A stretch of 34,659 nucleotides of DNA, from positions 1 to 34,659 of the IMG/VR virus record IMGVR_UViG_3300012667_000931, one strand, 5' to 3'. The DNA is from a virus (Duplodnaviria; Caudoviricetes). This document shows, one piece after another, positions 25,831-33,817 of the stretch; position 1 is the stretch's first letter; every line of letters begins with the position of its first letter. The translations under genes were made by a program, and so were the position numbers. Under the pieces are notes generated by a model that was given only the letters and a program-made list of their open reading frames with translations, was not told the DNA's origin and made no database searches.

Positions 25831-26429
25831 GGCTTTCCTTGCGCTGGCTGCTCAGCACCCACCTCGGCCCGCTCAGCACCCACCGCCTGCGCTGGCGCTG
25901 CGCCAGGGTAGGCGATAGCCTCGCCGTGGGTGTAAACACGCTGCCAGCTGCTGCGGACACGCGCCTTGGCCAGCCGCTCGGCCTTGTAAAACTCGCCGTA
26001 AGTCAGCAGCCGCGCCGCCTGCTCGTAAGCCCACACCAGGTCATCCAGCGCGCTGATTTCCGCTCCGTACAGCGCACCCGCCACCCATTGCCCGCTGCTA
26101 GTGGCGCGCGACTCAATAGCCAGCAGCGCCGCGTGCCCCATTTCGTACATGCGCAGCAGGCCCTTCACGGCTTTGCAGTCTTCAATGGCGTACCCGATAA
26201 ACACAAGGCTGTTGAGCTGCACCCAGTGGCTGTAATCCAGCTGCCCCAGCTTGGCCAGCCGCAACGCCTCGCGGGTCATCTTCATCAGCTTGTCAATTTC
26301 CTCCTCATTAAATGGGGTGTTGTTTTTGTTGACAGCAGCAATGCCGGTGCCAGCCAACAAACGCGGGTCAACCATTTGGCCGTGTTTGCGTTTGATCTTT
26401 TGAGCGTAGGCGGTTGTTTTTTGGCCCAT
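25827..26429 (-). CDS. Hypothetical protein (200 aa)
   Basis: AGGA RBS; helical protein-like composition; in the leftward operon. Confidence 0.7.
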   Translation of the reverse strand: MGQKTTAYAQKIKRKHGQMVDPRLLAGTGIAAVNKNNTPFNEEEIDKLMKMTREALRLAKLGQLDYSHWVQLNSLVFIGYAIEDCKAVKGLLRMYEMGHAALLAIESRATSSGQWVAGALYGAEISALDDLVWAYEQAARLLTYGEFYKAERLAKARVRSSWQRVYTHGEAIAYPGAAPAQAVGAERAEVGAEQPAQGKP

Positions 26430-26450
26430 GGTGTTGTCCTGTTGAGTTGT

Positions 26451-26828
26451 TCAGCTTTTCTTTTTGCGCGGTTTTTGTTCGCGCAAATCGGTGTGTCTTA
26501 TGCTCATTCCGCTTTTTGTCAAATAATCGGGGTCGCCTTGTCCACCCATTAGATTGATGTGTGGCGCAAAATCCCGAGCCAATTCAACAGGCGGGCACCA
26601 TGCTGCCTGCAAACCATCCAAAACTTCCTGCACCTTGCCTTTGGCCGCGTGCAACGCGGTTTCCAGCTTGATGCGTTCGGCCTCTTCCTGTTGCAGCTCT
26701 TCGCGGGTTTCAGCAAGCGCTTCGTCTTGGCTCTGGATGTGCAGCGCCGCCCATTGCAGCAGCGCGCCCAAGTCGGTGCCTTTGTGCTGTTCGCCATCGG
26801 CCTGTAGCTTGTCGGTCAGTTCGCTCAT
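26451..26828 (-). CDS. Hypothetical coiled-coil protein (125 aa)
   Basis: Heptad-rich EALAETREELQQEEAERIKLE; operon context. Confidence 0.65.
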   Translation of the reverse strand: MSELTDKLQADGEQHKGTDLGALLQWAALHIQSQDEALAETREELQQEEAERIKLETALHAAKGKVQEVLDGLQAAWCPPVELARDFAPHINLMGGQGDPDYLTKSGMSIRHTDLREQKPRKKKS

Positions 26829-26845
26829 GTTTTAGCTTTTCCGGG

Positions 26846-27226
26846 TCAATAAAAATACATCGCTCGAATTTTGTCAAGCAACGGGTTTTCACCGTCTTCA
26901 AGCGGAACTCCAAAATCATCAACACCTATCGTTTTTTCAACCTCCTCCAACAGCGCTCGCTGGTCGTCAATAATTCTGGATAAATGCGCCGTGCTTGACT
27001 CATAGCCCGCTAATTCGGATTGATAGCCGCCAATTTCAGACTCCAAGGTTTGACGTGCGGATTTTTCGTTTATGGCGTCGGCGCAAAAACGAGACGCTTC
27101 AGATTCCAAGCTGGTAATTCTCAACAGCATTTCGGTGTGCAACACGGTCAGCATGTCGCGATACGGTGCATCCGGCAGGCATTGCTGCATCATTTGGCAG
27201 CGCTGTTCAAAAGTTATGTTGCTCAT
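26846..27226 (-). CDS. Hypothetical coiled-coil protein (126 aa)
   Basis: ATGA overlap; lower GC; operon context. Confidence 0.65.
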   Translation of the reverse strand: MSNITFEQRCQMMQQCLPDAPYRDMLTVLHTEMLLRITSLESEASRFCADAINEKSARQTLESEIGGYQSELAGYESSTAHLSRIIDDQRALLEEVEKTIGVDDFGVPLEDGENPLLDKIRAMYFY

Positions 27227-27387
27227 ACAGCGCCGCCTTTCTGCGCCAGCAGCGCAGCACGAATCAATGCCACATCTTCACCGGCAATGCCACTGCAACA
27301 AAATGCACGCCGCCGCGCCAAAATGGCTTGGATTTGCCGCTCGATGTCGTTTGCGGTTTCGTCAAAAAGTTGAAGCTGTTTGTTCAT
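27223..27387 (-). CDS. Small hypothetical protein (54 aa; not in the ORF track)
   Basis: Read manually as MNKQLQLFDETANDIERQIQAILARRRAFCCSGIAGEDVALIRAALLAQKGGAV; fills the gap with ATGA coupling to the next gene. Confidence 0.6.
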   Translation of the reverse strand: MNKQLQLFDETANDIERQIQAILARRRAFCCSGIAGEDVALIRAALLAQKGGAV

Positions 27388-27392
27388 GCTGC

Positions 27393-28058
27393 TCAGTTCT
27401 CTATGCGCTTAAATTCCACCACCCACACCCATTGGTTGGCTTCCCAGCTTCCGTGGCCGTTAATGGACTCCCAAAGCGCTGCGTATCTGGCGATTGGAAA
27501 ACTGTTGCCAAATACAGGCCCAATGCGCGATAAAGCCGACGTGTCATCATCCCGCATGCAACAATTGGCTGGGCTTACGCCCTCCGCAACCGCATCGGCC
27601 TCGCGGATGTCTTGCAATCGCTCCACGCGCACGCCGGTGATTTCGAGCTTGATGCGGCTGGCCCACCGGGGCATAAACATGCCGGGGCGGTAGCGTCCTG
27701 CTGGTGATTCGTGCGGCACGTCTGCCTCGTACCAAATCCGGTGAGCGGCGGTGATTTCTCGCGGGGCAAAGCCGTTGGCCAGGTCGATTACGCGCCACGC
27801 CTCCCTCACCCACAGCCGGTCGCCGGGCTGGCCGTATGGGCATGGTTTGCACCACCCATCATCAGCCAGCTCTACTTCACCTTTTCCGTCTTCTGTCCAT
27901 GCATAAAAATGCGCTCTCGGATCAGGGTGATACCAAGTGGTGACTCCAATAGTCGTTTCGGGTGGTTGTTGCTTTACCACCCGCCGCGTCTGCGTTTTCT
28001 TGCCGCCAAGAATGGCACAAACCATCGGCGGGCTAAACAAAATCGGACGCTCTTTCAT
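27393..28058 (-). CDS. Conserved phage protein, ASCH/PUA-like family
   Basis: MKERPILFS..MV.AIL.G.KTQTRR, GDRLWVRE, MPRWASRI.LEIT.VRVERLQDI and WVWVVEF. Confidence 0.85.
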   Translation of the reverse strand: MKERPILFSPPMVCAILGGKKTQTRRVVKQQPPETTIGVTTWYHPDPRAHFYAWTEDGKGEVELADDGWCKPCPYGQPGDRLWVREAWRVIDLANGFAPREITAAHRIWYEADVPHESPAGRYRPGMFMPRWASRIKLEITGVRVERLQDIREADAVAEGVSPANCCMRDDDTSALSRIGPVFGNSFPIARYAALWESINGHGSWEANQWVWVVEFKRIEN

Positions 28059-29266
28059 TCCGAGCCACCTTCCTGCGCTGCCGCCCCATCCGCAGCCACC
28101 AGCACCGCCTGCTCGCCAAACTCACGCGGGCCAATGATGCCCGCCTTTTCGAGCTGTTCCAGCAGGGCGTGGGCGCGTATGTAGCCCACTTTCAAAGCGG
28201 ATTTTAGGTAGCGCACGCCTGCTTTTTGGTTTTGGATCACGACCCGGCGGGCCTCCTCAAACAGCGGATCGACCTCGTTGGAGGCAGGCGCATCGCTGGC
28301 CGGGGCGTCGGGCGCAGTCGCCCGACCATCCTCCCCCACGGCGCTTGCGCCGTCGCGATTGGACCCCTCCGGGGCCGCAGTCGGCCCCGTATCCTCTTCC
28401 ATGGCCTGCATCGCGGCAGCGATGCCTGTTATTGCTTCCCGCTCGGTGGTTTTTGGCACAGCACGCGCACGCGCAAGCGGGGCCGGTTTTTGCGCAGCGC
28501 CCCCCCCGCCCCCGTGCGCTTGCGCAGCAGGGGTAAGGGGTAGATCGGTCGATTTTTGGTCGGTGCCGCATGCACTTTTATGCATGTTTTCAGCGGCTAC
28601 GCTGGCTTTGATGGCGGTCAAATCCAAGTCAAGGCTTGCGTGCTGAGCCATCACCGACAGCAGGTCGCCGCCTTGCTTACCGGGCTCTTGCCAGCTGCGC
28701 CATTCGGCGTCGCTGTGCATCACCAGCAGCGCCAGAGCGCGTTCGGGGTGCTGGTGCTCGCGTATCCAGTCCTCCAGCGCGGCGCGTGGTGCAATGGGGC
28801 CGAGGTCGAGCATCTTGGCCAGCCGCTTGCACCCTTCGGCTGTGGGCAAAACGAGGGTTGCGAGGTGGCGCAGCGCGTCCGGGGGCAGGGTGTAGGTGTC
28901 GGCGGTTTTGATGGCGTGCCACCCTTCGCGCATCACTTCCCAGCGCCAGCCGTTTTCGTAGTTTTTGACCTGCTCGGCCTGCGCTGCCTTGGCCTGGGCT
29001 TGGGCGCTTTCTTGAGCCTTGGCCTGCACCGCGTCGGCGGCGTCTTGGTGGCCTTTTTTGGCCAGCAGGCGCTGGGCTGTGGCGTGGTCAATGACGGCGA
29101 TCAGCGAGCCGCCATGGTGCGGGTCTGCCACCATCGTGGGCTTGATGCCTTCGCGGTCCAGCAGCGCGCCGAGGGCTGTGCCTATGGCTGCGGCTAGGAT
29201 GTACCCGCGCAGGCGTTCTGGGCGCGCTGGCTGGGTGGCGTGTTGGCGGTGTTGGGTCACGCGCAT
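28055..29266 (-). CDS. Chimeric-looking protein with C-terminal FtsK-gamma winged-helix domain
   Basis: DPLFEEARRVV...LKVGYIRAHALLEQLEKAGIIGP (28127-28270) matches the FtsK-gamma pattern; hydrophobic N-terminal segment. Confidence 0.7.
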   Translation of the reverse strand: MRVTQHRQHATQPARPERLRGYILAAAIGTALGALLDREGIKPTMVADPHHGGSLIAVIDHATAQRLLAKKGHQDAADAVQAKAQESAQAQAKAAQAEQVKNYENGWRWEVMREGWHAIKTADTYTLPPDALRHLATLVLPTAEGCKRLAKMLDLGPIAPRAALEDWIREHQHPERALALLVMHSDAEWRSWQEPGKQGGDLLSVMAQHASLDLDLTAIKASVAAENMHKSACGTDQKSTDLPLTPAAQAHGGGGGAAQKPAPLARARAVPKTTEREAITGIAAAMQAMEEDTGPTAAPEGSNRDGASAVGEDGRATAPDAPASDAPASNEVDPLFEEARRVVIQNQKAGVRYLKSALKVGYIRAHALLEQLEKAGIIGPREFGEQAVLVAADGAAAQEGGSE

Positions 29267-29267
29267 G

Positions 29268-29981
29268 TCAGACGTCTTGTTCTTGCGATGCGTAATTCAC
29301 ATCTTCGTCGTCCATGTCGATTTCTATGTGCGTGCGGCCTACGTAAAGCGCCATCAGCAGCGATTCAAACCGGCCAATAATGTCAGGGCGTGAGGCTGGG
29401 GTGATGTCTTCGCTATCGAGCTTGAGCGAGTACACGGCGCCTTTTTCGTTGATGGCAATGCGGTATTTTGCTTTGTATTTTTTGTCTTCGCGTTCTTTGT
29501 TGTTATGTGAGTATTCGCCCGGGTTTTCATCGGGGTCAAGATACAACCAGCCGCCTTTCCGTGTGTATCTACATGGAGCAAAGTAAGCGTAGAACGCTTC
29601 GTGACGTTCTTTGTTAAAACCGGCGCGGGCTTCATCAAGAAGTTCACTCATTTTTATGACAGTCGGCACATTGGGCATTACCGCATTCAACGCTTTGTCA
29701 AACGCGGTTTTTACAAGAGATTCATTGCCCGCCGTGACCATGGTGGAAATGGAGTGGTTCAGGATTTGCTGAAACTTCGCCACCTCGGAAACGCTCAGGC
29801 CATGAGGCAGCGCGCTGGTGATTTGTTCTTTCAGCGCTTTCTGAAATTCAGACCGGTAGCCCGTTGCTTCTTCAATCGCGTTGGTGACGGCTTTCTTGAT
29901 GTGCAGGTCCAGAATCGGGGTAAGGGCTTCTGGCGTGAGGGCGCGGGCAAGTGCGTCCTCAAAGTCGATGGAAATGTTCAC
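29268..29981 (-). CDS. Hypothetical protein (237 aa), first gene of the leftward operon
   Basis: GTG 29981 preceded by AAGGA; AT-rich; no HTH or peptidase S24 motif, so not a CI repressor. Confidence 0.7.
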   Translation of the reverse strand: MNISIDFEDALARALTPEALTPILDLHIKKAVTNAIEEATGYRSEFQKALKEQITSALPHGLSVSEVAKFQQILNHSISTMVTAGNESLVKTAFDKALNAVMPNVPTVIKMSELLDEARAGFNKERHEAFYAYFAPCRYTRKGGWLYLDPDENPGEYSHNNKEREDKKYKAKYRIAINEKGAVYSLKLDSEDITPASRPDIIGRFESLLMALYVGRTHIEIDMDDEDVNYASQEQDV

Positions 29982-30012
29982 AGCTTGTTCCTTGTGGGTT
30001 GTTGGAGTGTGT

Positions 30013-30121
30013 ATCTTAGCAAAGACTAAGGACAAAACAAGCCAAAAGCCAAAAAAGCTTAGGAAAAAATAAATTTTGTTCGGGTTGCTTGGGGTGCTTA
30101 GGTAAGGCTAAAATCTGCGCC
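30013..30121. promoter_or_regulatory. Divergent promoter/operator region
   Basis: Leftward TGcTAAGAT (30013-30021); rightward TTGCTT-18-TAAAAT (30085-30114); TTAG-N6-CTAA at 30016-30029 and 30098-30111, near-match at 30059-30072. Confidence 0.7.
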
Positions 30122-30448
30122 ATGACTTACACCAACACCGACACCATGACCGACGCCGAGATTGTCAACCTGCTTGGTGGCATCACCGCCACCGCCCGCA
30201 TCGCAGGCGTCAAGCCTCCATCCGTCCACGCCTGGACGGTTAAGGGCATCCCCGAAGGCCAGCTTGTGGTGCTAGCCGCCCGGGTGGAGAAGCTGGCCCC
30301 TGAGCGCTTTTCACGCAAGGCGCGCTGGCCCGATACTTGGGCGCAAATTTGGCCTGAGCTTGCCCAGCCCGAGCCCGAGGCGGCTGGCGGCTGCGCCACG
30401 ACCAAACAGCAGCCCGCCCAAGAGGCTGCACCGGGTCAGGCTGTCTGA
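30122..30448 (+). CDS. cro: Cro-like HTH regulator
   Basis: LLGGITATARIAGVKPPSVHAW..KGIP HTH and W..IWPEL tail typical of Cro/YdaS-like proteins; upstream of the replication gene. Alternative start 30146. Confidence 0.8.
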   Translation: MTYTNTDTMTDAEIVNLLGGITATARIAGVKPPSVHAWTVKGIPEGQLVVLAARVEKLAPERFSRKARWPDTWAQIWPELAQPEPEAAGGCATTKQQPAQEAAPGQAV

Positions 30449-30487
30449 TGCGCGCGCCATGCTGCTGCTGGTGGGGAGGGGTCCACC

Positions 30488-33145
30488 ATGACTGAGCGCG
30501 CACCTTTGCCGCCTATTAAGTTTGACGAGCTGGCCAAGGAGTTGCTGGCCCGTGCTGAGTATTTACTGCCTGTTTGGCTTCCTGGTGGCCACAAAAAAGG
30601 CCATGAATATGTTTGTGGGTCGCTGCGCGGTGGCGCTGGCGGCAGCTTTTCTGTAAACCTCAACACGGGCGCTTGGGCTGATTTTTCGGGCGACGAGCGG
30701 GGCCGTGATTTGATCAGGCTTTACGGTGCCATTCATGGCCTGAGCGGCGGCATGGCTGCCGTGCAGGTGGCGCGCGACGAGGGCTTGGAGGATGTGGCGG
30801 GCGTGCAGCGCAGCGCGGCGCACGTCAAGCCTGAGCGGCCAGCGCCGCCACCAGCGCCCGCGAAGCGCGAGCGGGTAGACGAAGGCTGGCGCACGGTGCT
30901 GCCGGTGCCTGCGATTGCCCCGGCCCCCACTTATTGGCACTACGCCAGGGAGACTGCGGACATTGTGCGCAGCAGCGAGTACCGCGTGGGCGATGATTTG
31001 CACGGGTACGTGGTGCGGTTCAAGACTTCGGACGGCGGGAAGGAAGACCTGCCGCACACCTGGTGCGTGTCTGCCCGCGATGGCGGTAGCAAGTGGCACT
31101 GGCGGCAGTGGGACGAGCCGCGCCCGCTGTACCTGCCAGGGCAGGCGCTGCCGGTGGCGGGGCAGACGGTGGTGCTTGTGGAGGGCGAGCGCAAGGCGGC
31201 GGTTTTGCAAGAGCTGCTGACGGCGGGAGCGCCTTCGGTTTATGTGGTGGCCAGCTGGCCCGGCGGGTGCAAAGCGTGGGCCAAGGCAGACTGGACGTGG
31301 CTGGCTGGGCGCGCTGTGCTGTGCTGGCCCGATACCGATAGCCAGCGCGTGCCTCTGTCGCCCAAAGAGCGAAACGCCTGCGCTGATGATGAGGCGGTCG
31401 AGGTGGCCAAGCTGGCCAAGCCTTACAAGCCGTGGCACAAGCAACCCGGCGCGGCGGCGATGCTGGGCATTGGGCAGGTGTTGCGCGACGTGCATGGCTG
31501 CCAGGTGCAAATGCTGCGCACTGAGCTGCCGGGCGTGATGCCTGACGGCTGGGACGCGGCTGACGCCATCGAAAAAGACGGCTGGGACTTTGCCAGGGTG
31601 CTGGCGTTTTTTGGCACGGCCTACCCGCTGCCCAAAGACATAGCCGACCTGCCCGACAAGCCTGCGGACCCGGCGAAAAAAATCGACGGCCCCGGTGCCC
31701 CTGAGGGCGGCGGGTCTGGTGGTGGCGGTGGATCGGGTGATGATGCCGACGGCGCAGCCGACTCGGGCGATTTGCCCTGGTGGCTTGCGCCTTATTACGA
31801 TGCCGACAAACGGCGCTGGATGATCAGCCGGAAAACGGTTATTGCAGCGCTGCGCAATGATGAACGGTTGAAAGGCGTGTTGGGCTTTAACCTGCTTTCG
31901 AATTCGATGGAAGCGCGCAGGGATTGGCCCTTCCCGCACGGGCGAAAGGGCAAGATTACCGGGGCGGTTGATTTGCTTTTGGGCAATTGGCTCAGCAGGA
32001 CTTTTGGCGTCCCGGCCATTACCCGGCAGGCACTCATGGAAGCTATGGAAACGGTCGCTTATGAGAATCCATGGCATCCCGTTGTGGAGTGGTTGGGCCA
32101 ACTGCAATGGGACGGTGTGCCGCGTGTCAACAAGTGGTTGATGCACGTCATTGGGGAGCGGCCAGCCGTGGGCGATCATCCGGGCACGGTGCCTGCTGAG
32201 ACTGTGGAGTATCTGACCATCGTGGGGCGTTGCTGGCTGGTGGGCATGGTGGCGCGGGTGATGGAGCCCGGGTGCAAGTTTGACTACTGCCCTGTTTTGG
32301 AGGGTGCTGGCGGGTTGGGAAAATCGACGATGGTCGAGACATTGGCCTCGTCGGCTTGGTATTCAGACACGCCTTTTGAGATTGGCCGGGGCAAAGAATC
32401 ACAAGAGCAAGTGCAGGGCGTTTGGCTGTACGAAATGGGCGAATTGTCGCAAATGGGCAAGAGTGAAATTAATGCGGTTAAGGCGTTTATTTCGTCAAAG
32501 GTTGATCGGTATCGGCCTGCTTATGGCCGGGTGATTGAAGAGCATCCCCGCCAGTGTGTGCTGTCTGGATCGACCAACGAAAACACGTACCTGCGCGACC
32601 GCACCGGCAACAGGCGTTTTTGGCCGATACCGGTGCGGCACTTGATCAAAAACCAGTGGCTTGCGAAATACCGTGACCAACTGTTTGCAGAGGCGTACCA
32701 GCTCTATCTGGCGGGGGAGTCGTGCATACCTACGCCTGAGCAGGAAGCGCGCTTATTTGTGCCGCTGCAAGAAAGCAGGCTGGTCGAGACTGCGGTCACG
32801 TCTGAGCTGCTGGCGGTGCTGATGCGAGACCCGAAAGATGTGGGCATGCAGGCCGAGGTGAACAACCTCACGGGGTTTGTGACGCTGGCGCAGCTTGCGA
32901 AGGCGCTGCTGGTCGATGCGGGCAAGTCCACAGCGGGCCTTGAGTCGCAGATTCGGTCATGGATGAACCAACAGGGCTGGGAGTATTGCAAGAAGCAAGT
33001 CAACGGCGTGCGAGCCTGGGGGTGGGTGCGGCCCGCTCAGTGGCCAGCCGCTGAAGAGGATGCGAGCGCTGGCCCTGCCGCTGCGGACGCGGGGTTATCG
33101 GCTGCGGCGCGCATGCTGCAAGAGCTTGACGACACCCCTTTTTGA
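30488..33145 (+). CDS. Primase-helicase (TOPRIM + VapE/VirE-like SF3 helicase)
   Basis: VLVEGERKA, WPDTD, GWDAAD (TOPRIM); GAGGLGKST Walker A, YEMGEL, DRYRPAYGR and LRDRTGNRRFWP (VapE). Confidence 0.92.
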   Translation: MTERAPLPPIKFDELAKELLARAEYLLPVWLPGGHKKGHEYVCGSLRGGAGGSFSVNLNTGAWADFSGDERGRDLIRLYGAIHGLSGGMAAVQVARDEGLEDVAGVQRSAAHVKPERPAPPPAPAKRERVDEGWRTVLPVPAIAPAPTYWHYARETADIVRSSEYRVGDDLHGYVVRFKTSDGGKEDLPHTWCVSARDGGSKWHWRQWDEPRPLYLPGQALPVAGQTVVLVEGERKAAVLQELLTAGAPSVYVVASWPGGCKAWAKADWTWLAGRAVLCWPDTDSQRVPLSPKERNACADDEAVEVAKLAKPYKPWHKQPGAAAMLGIGQVLRDVHGCQVQMLRTELPGVMPDGWDAADAIEKDGWDFARVLAFFGTAYPLPKDIADLPDKPADPAKKIDGPGAPEGGGSGGGGGSGDDADGAADSGDLPWWLAPYYDADKRRWMISRKTVIAALRNDERLKGVLGFNLLSNSMEARRDWPFPHGRKGKITGAVDLLLGNWLSRTFGVPAITRQALMEAMETVAYENPWHPVVEWLGQLQWDGVPRVNKWLMHVIGERPAVGDHPGTVPAETVEYLTIVGRCWLVGMVARVMEPGCKFDYCPVLEGAGGLGKSTMVETLASSAWYSDTPFEIGRGKESQEQVQGVWLYEMGELSQMGKSEINAVKAFISSKVDRYRPAYGRVIEEHPRQCVLSGSTNENTYLRDRTGNRRFWPIPVRHLIKNQWLAKYRDQLFAEAYQLYLAGESCIPTPEQEARLFVPLQESRLVETAVTSELLAVLMRDPKDVGMQAEVNNLTGFVTLAQLAKALLVDAGKSTAGLESQIRSWMNQQGWEYCKKQVNGVRAWGWVRPAQWPAAEEDASAGPAAADAGLSAAARMLQELDDTPF

Positions 33146-33190
33146 CAAGCCTAAGTTTTGAGGCACAATCGCAGCATTAGCAAAACCAAA
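33141..33190 (+). promoter_or_regulatory. Sigma70-like promoter with two degenerate operators
   Basis: TTGACA 33142-33147 and CACAAT 33164-33169; TTTG-N6-CTAA 33141-33154 and TTAG-N6-CAAA 33177-33190. Confidence 0.55.
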
Positions 33191-33316
33191 GGGCGCGCGC
33201 GGAATGGCGCCCGTGTGGTGGACTCACGCCAAGACGGCCTGGGTGTCGGAACGACCATGGCAAGACGCCATGCCACTGCGCGGGGGCAGGGATGCGGGCG
33301 CAAAACCCGATGAAAT

Positions 33317-33550
33317 AGTGTCCAAGTGTCCAAGTGTCTAAGCTCTTGCATAGAGGGCCAGTGGGCTGCAAAACCCGAAAAAGGCAGGGTGGAGCCGCCG
33401 CATTGTCCAAAAAATGGCGGGCGCTAAAAAGTGGACACAGACCACAAGGCAGGCGCAGGCGCTGGGGGCGGGGGTGCGCCCAAGCGCGCACGTGCGCGGG
33501 CACTCGATTACTCATTACCTTATATAGATGGAGTTGGACACTTGGACACT
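33317..33550. repeat. Inverted octamer iterons, candidate replication origin
   Basis: AGTGTCCA x2 + AGTGTCTA at 33317-33340; TGGACACT x2 at 33535-33550, giving a perfect 17-bp inverted repeat; extra half-sites near 33403 and 33431. Confidence 0.7.
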
Positions 33551-33814
33551 CAGACCTTAAAAACCCAGATGCCCGAGACTTACAAGGCGATTCAAACCAA
33601 GGCCGGGGAAATCGGCAACAGGGCTTATGGGTACGTCAAGCAAGGGCTGGCCGGTCAGCCCAACAAGTTTTATGCGGTCGAGCGCGGCCATGTGGCTGGC
33701 ACGCCTTTTGACCTGCCCGGGGTCAATGCTGAGCTGGCCCGGTACATGGTGCAGTTCGGGTGCTCGTTTTTGATCATGTGGGCTCCCGAAGCCCAGCAGC
33801 CAGACAAAAGCTAA
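33542..33814 (+). CDS. Hypothetical phage protein (~90 aa)
   Basis: GGAG then TTG 33542 (alternative ATG 33569); MPETYKAIQ...FYAVERG..GTPF. Confidence 0.65.
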   Translation: MDTQTLKTQMPETYKAIQTKAGEIGNRAYGYVKQGLAGQPNKFYAVERGHVAGTPFDLPGVNAELARYMVQFGCSFLIMWAPEAQQPDKS

Positions 33815-33817
33815 GCC

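Noticed and set aside
29268-29981. CI repressor, expected opposite cro
   Set aside because: No HTH or S24 autopeptidase motifs are visible in the translation.
30563-32179. Long antisense ORFs (538 aa here; also 7075-8373, 8865-9971, 33557-34579)
   Set aside because: They shadow well-supported + strand genes in high-GC DNA and have no recognisable motifs or RBS.
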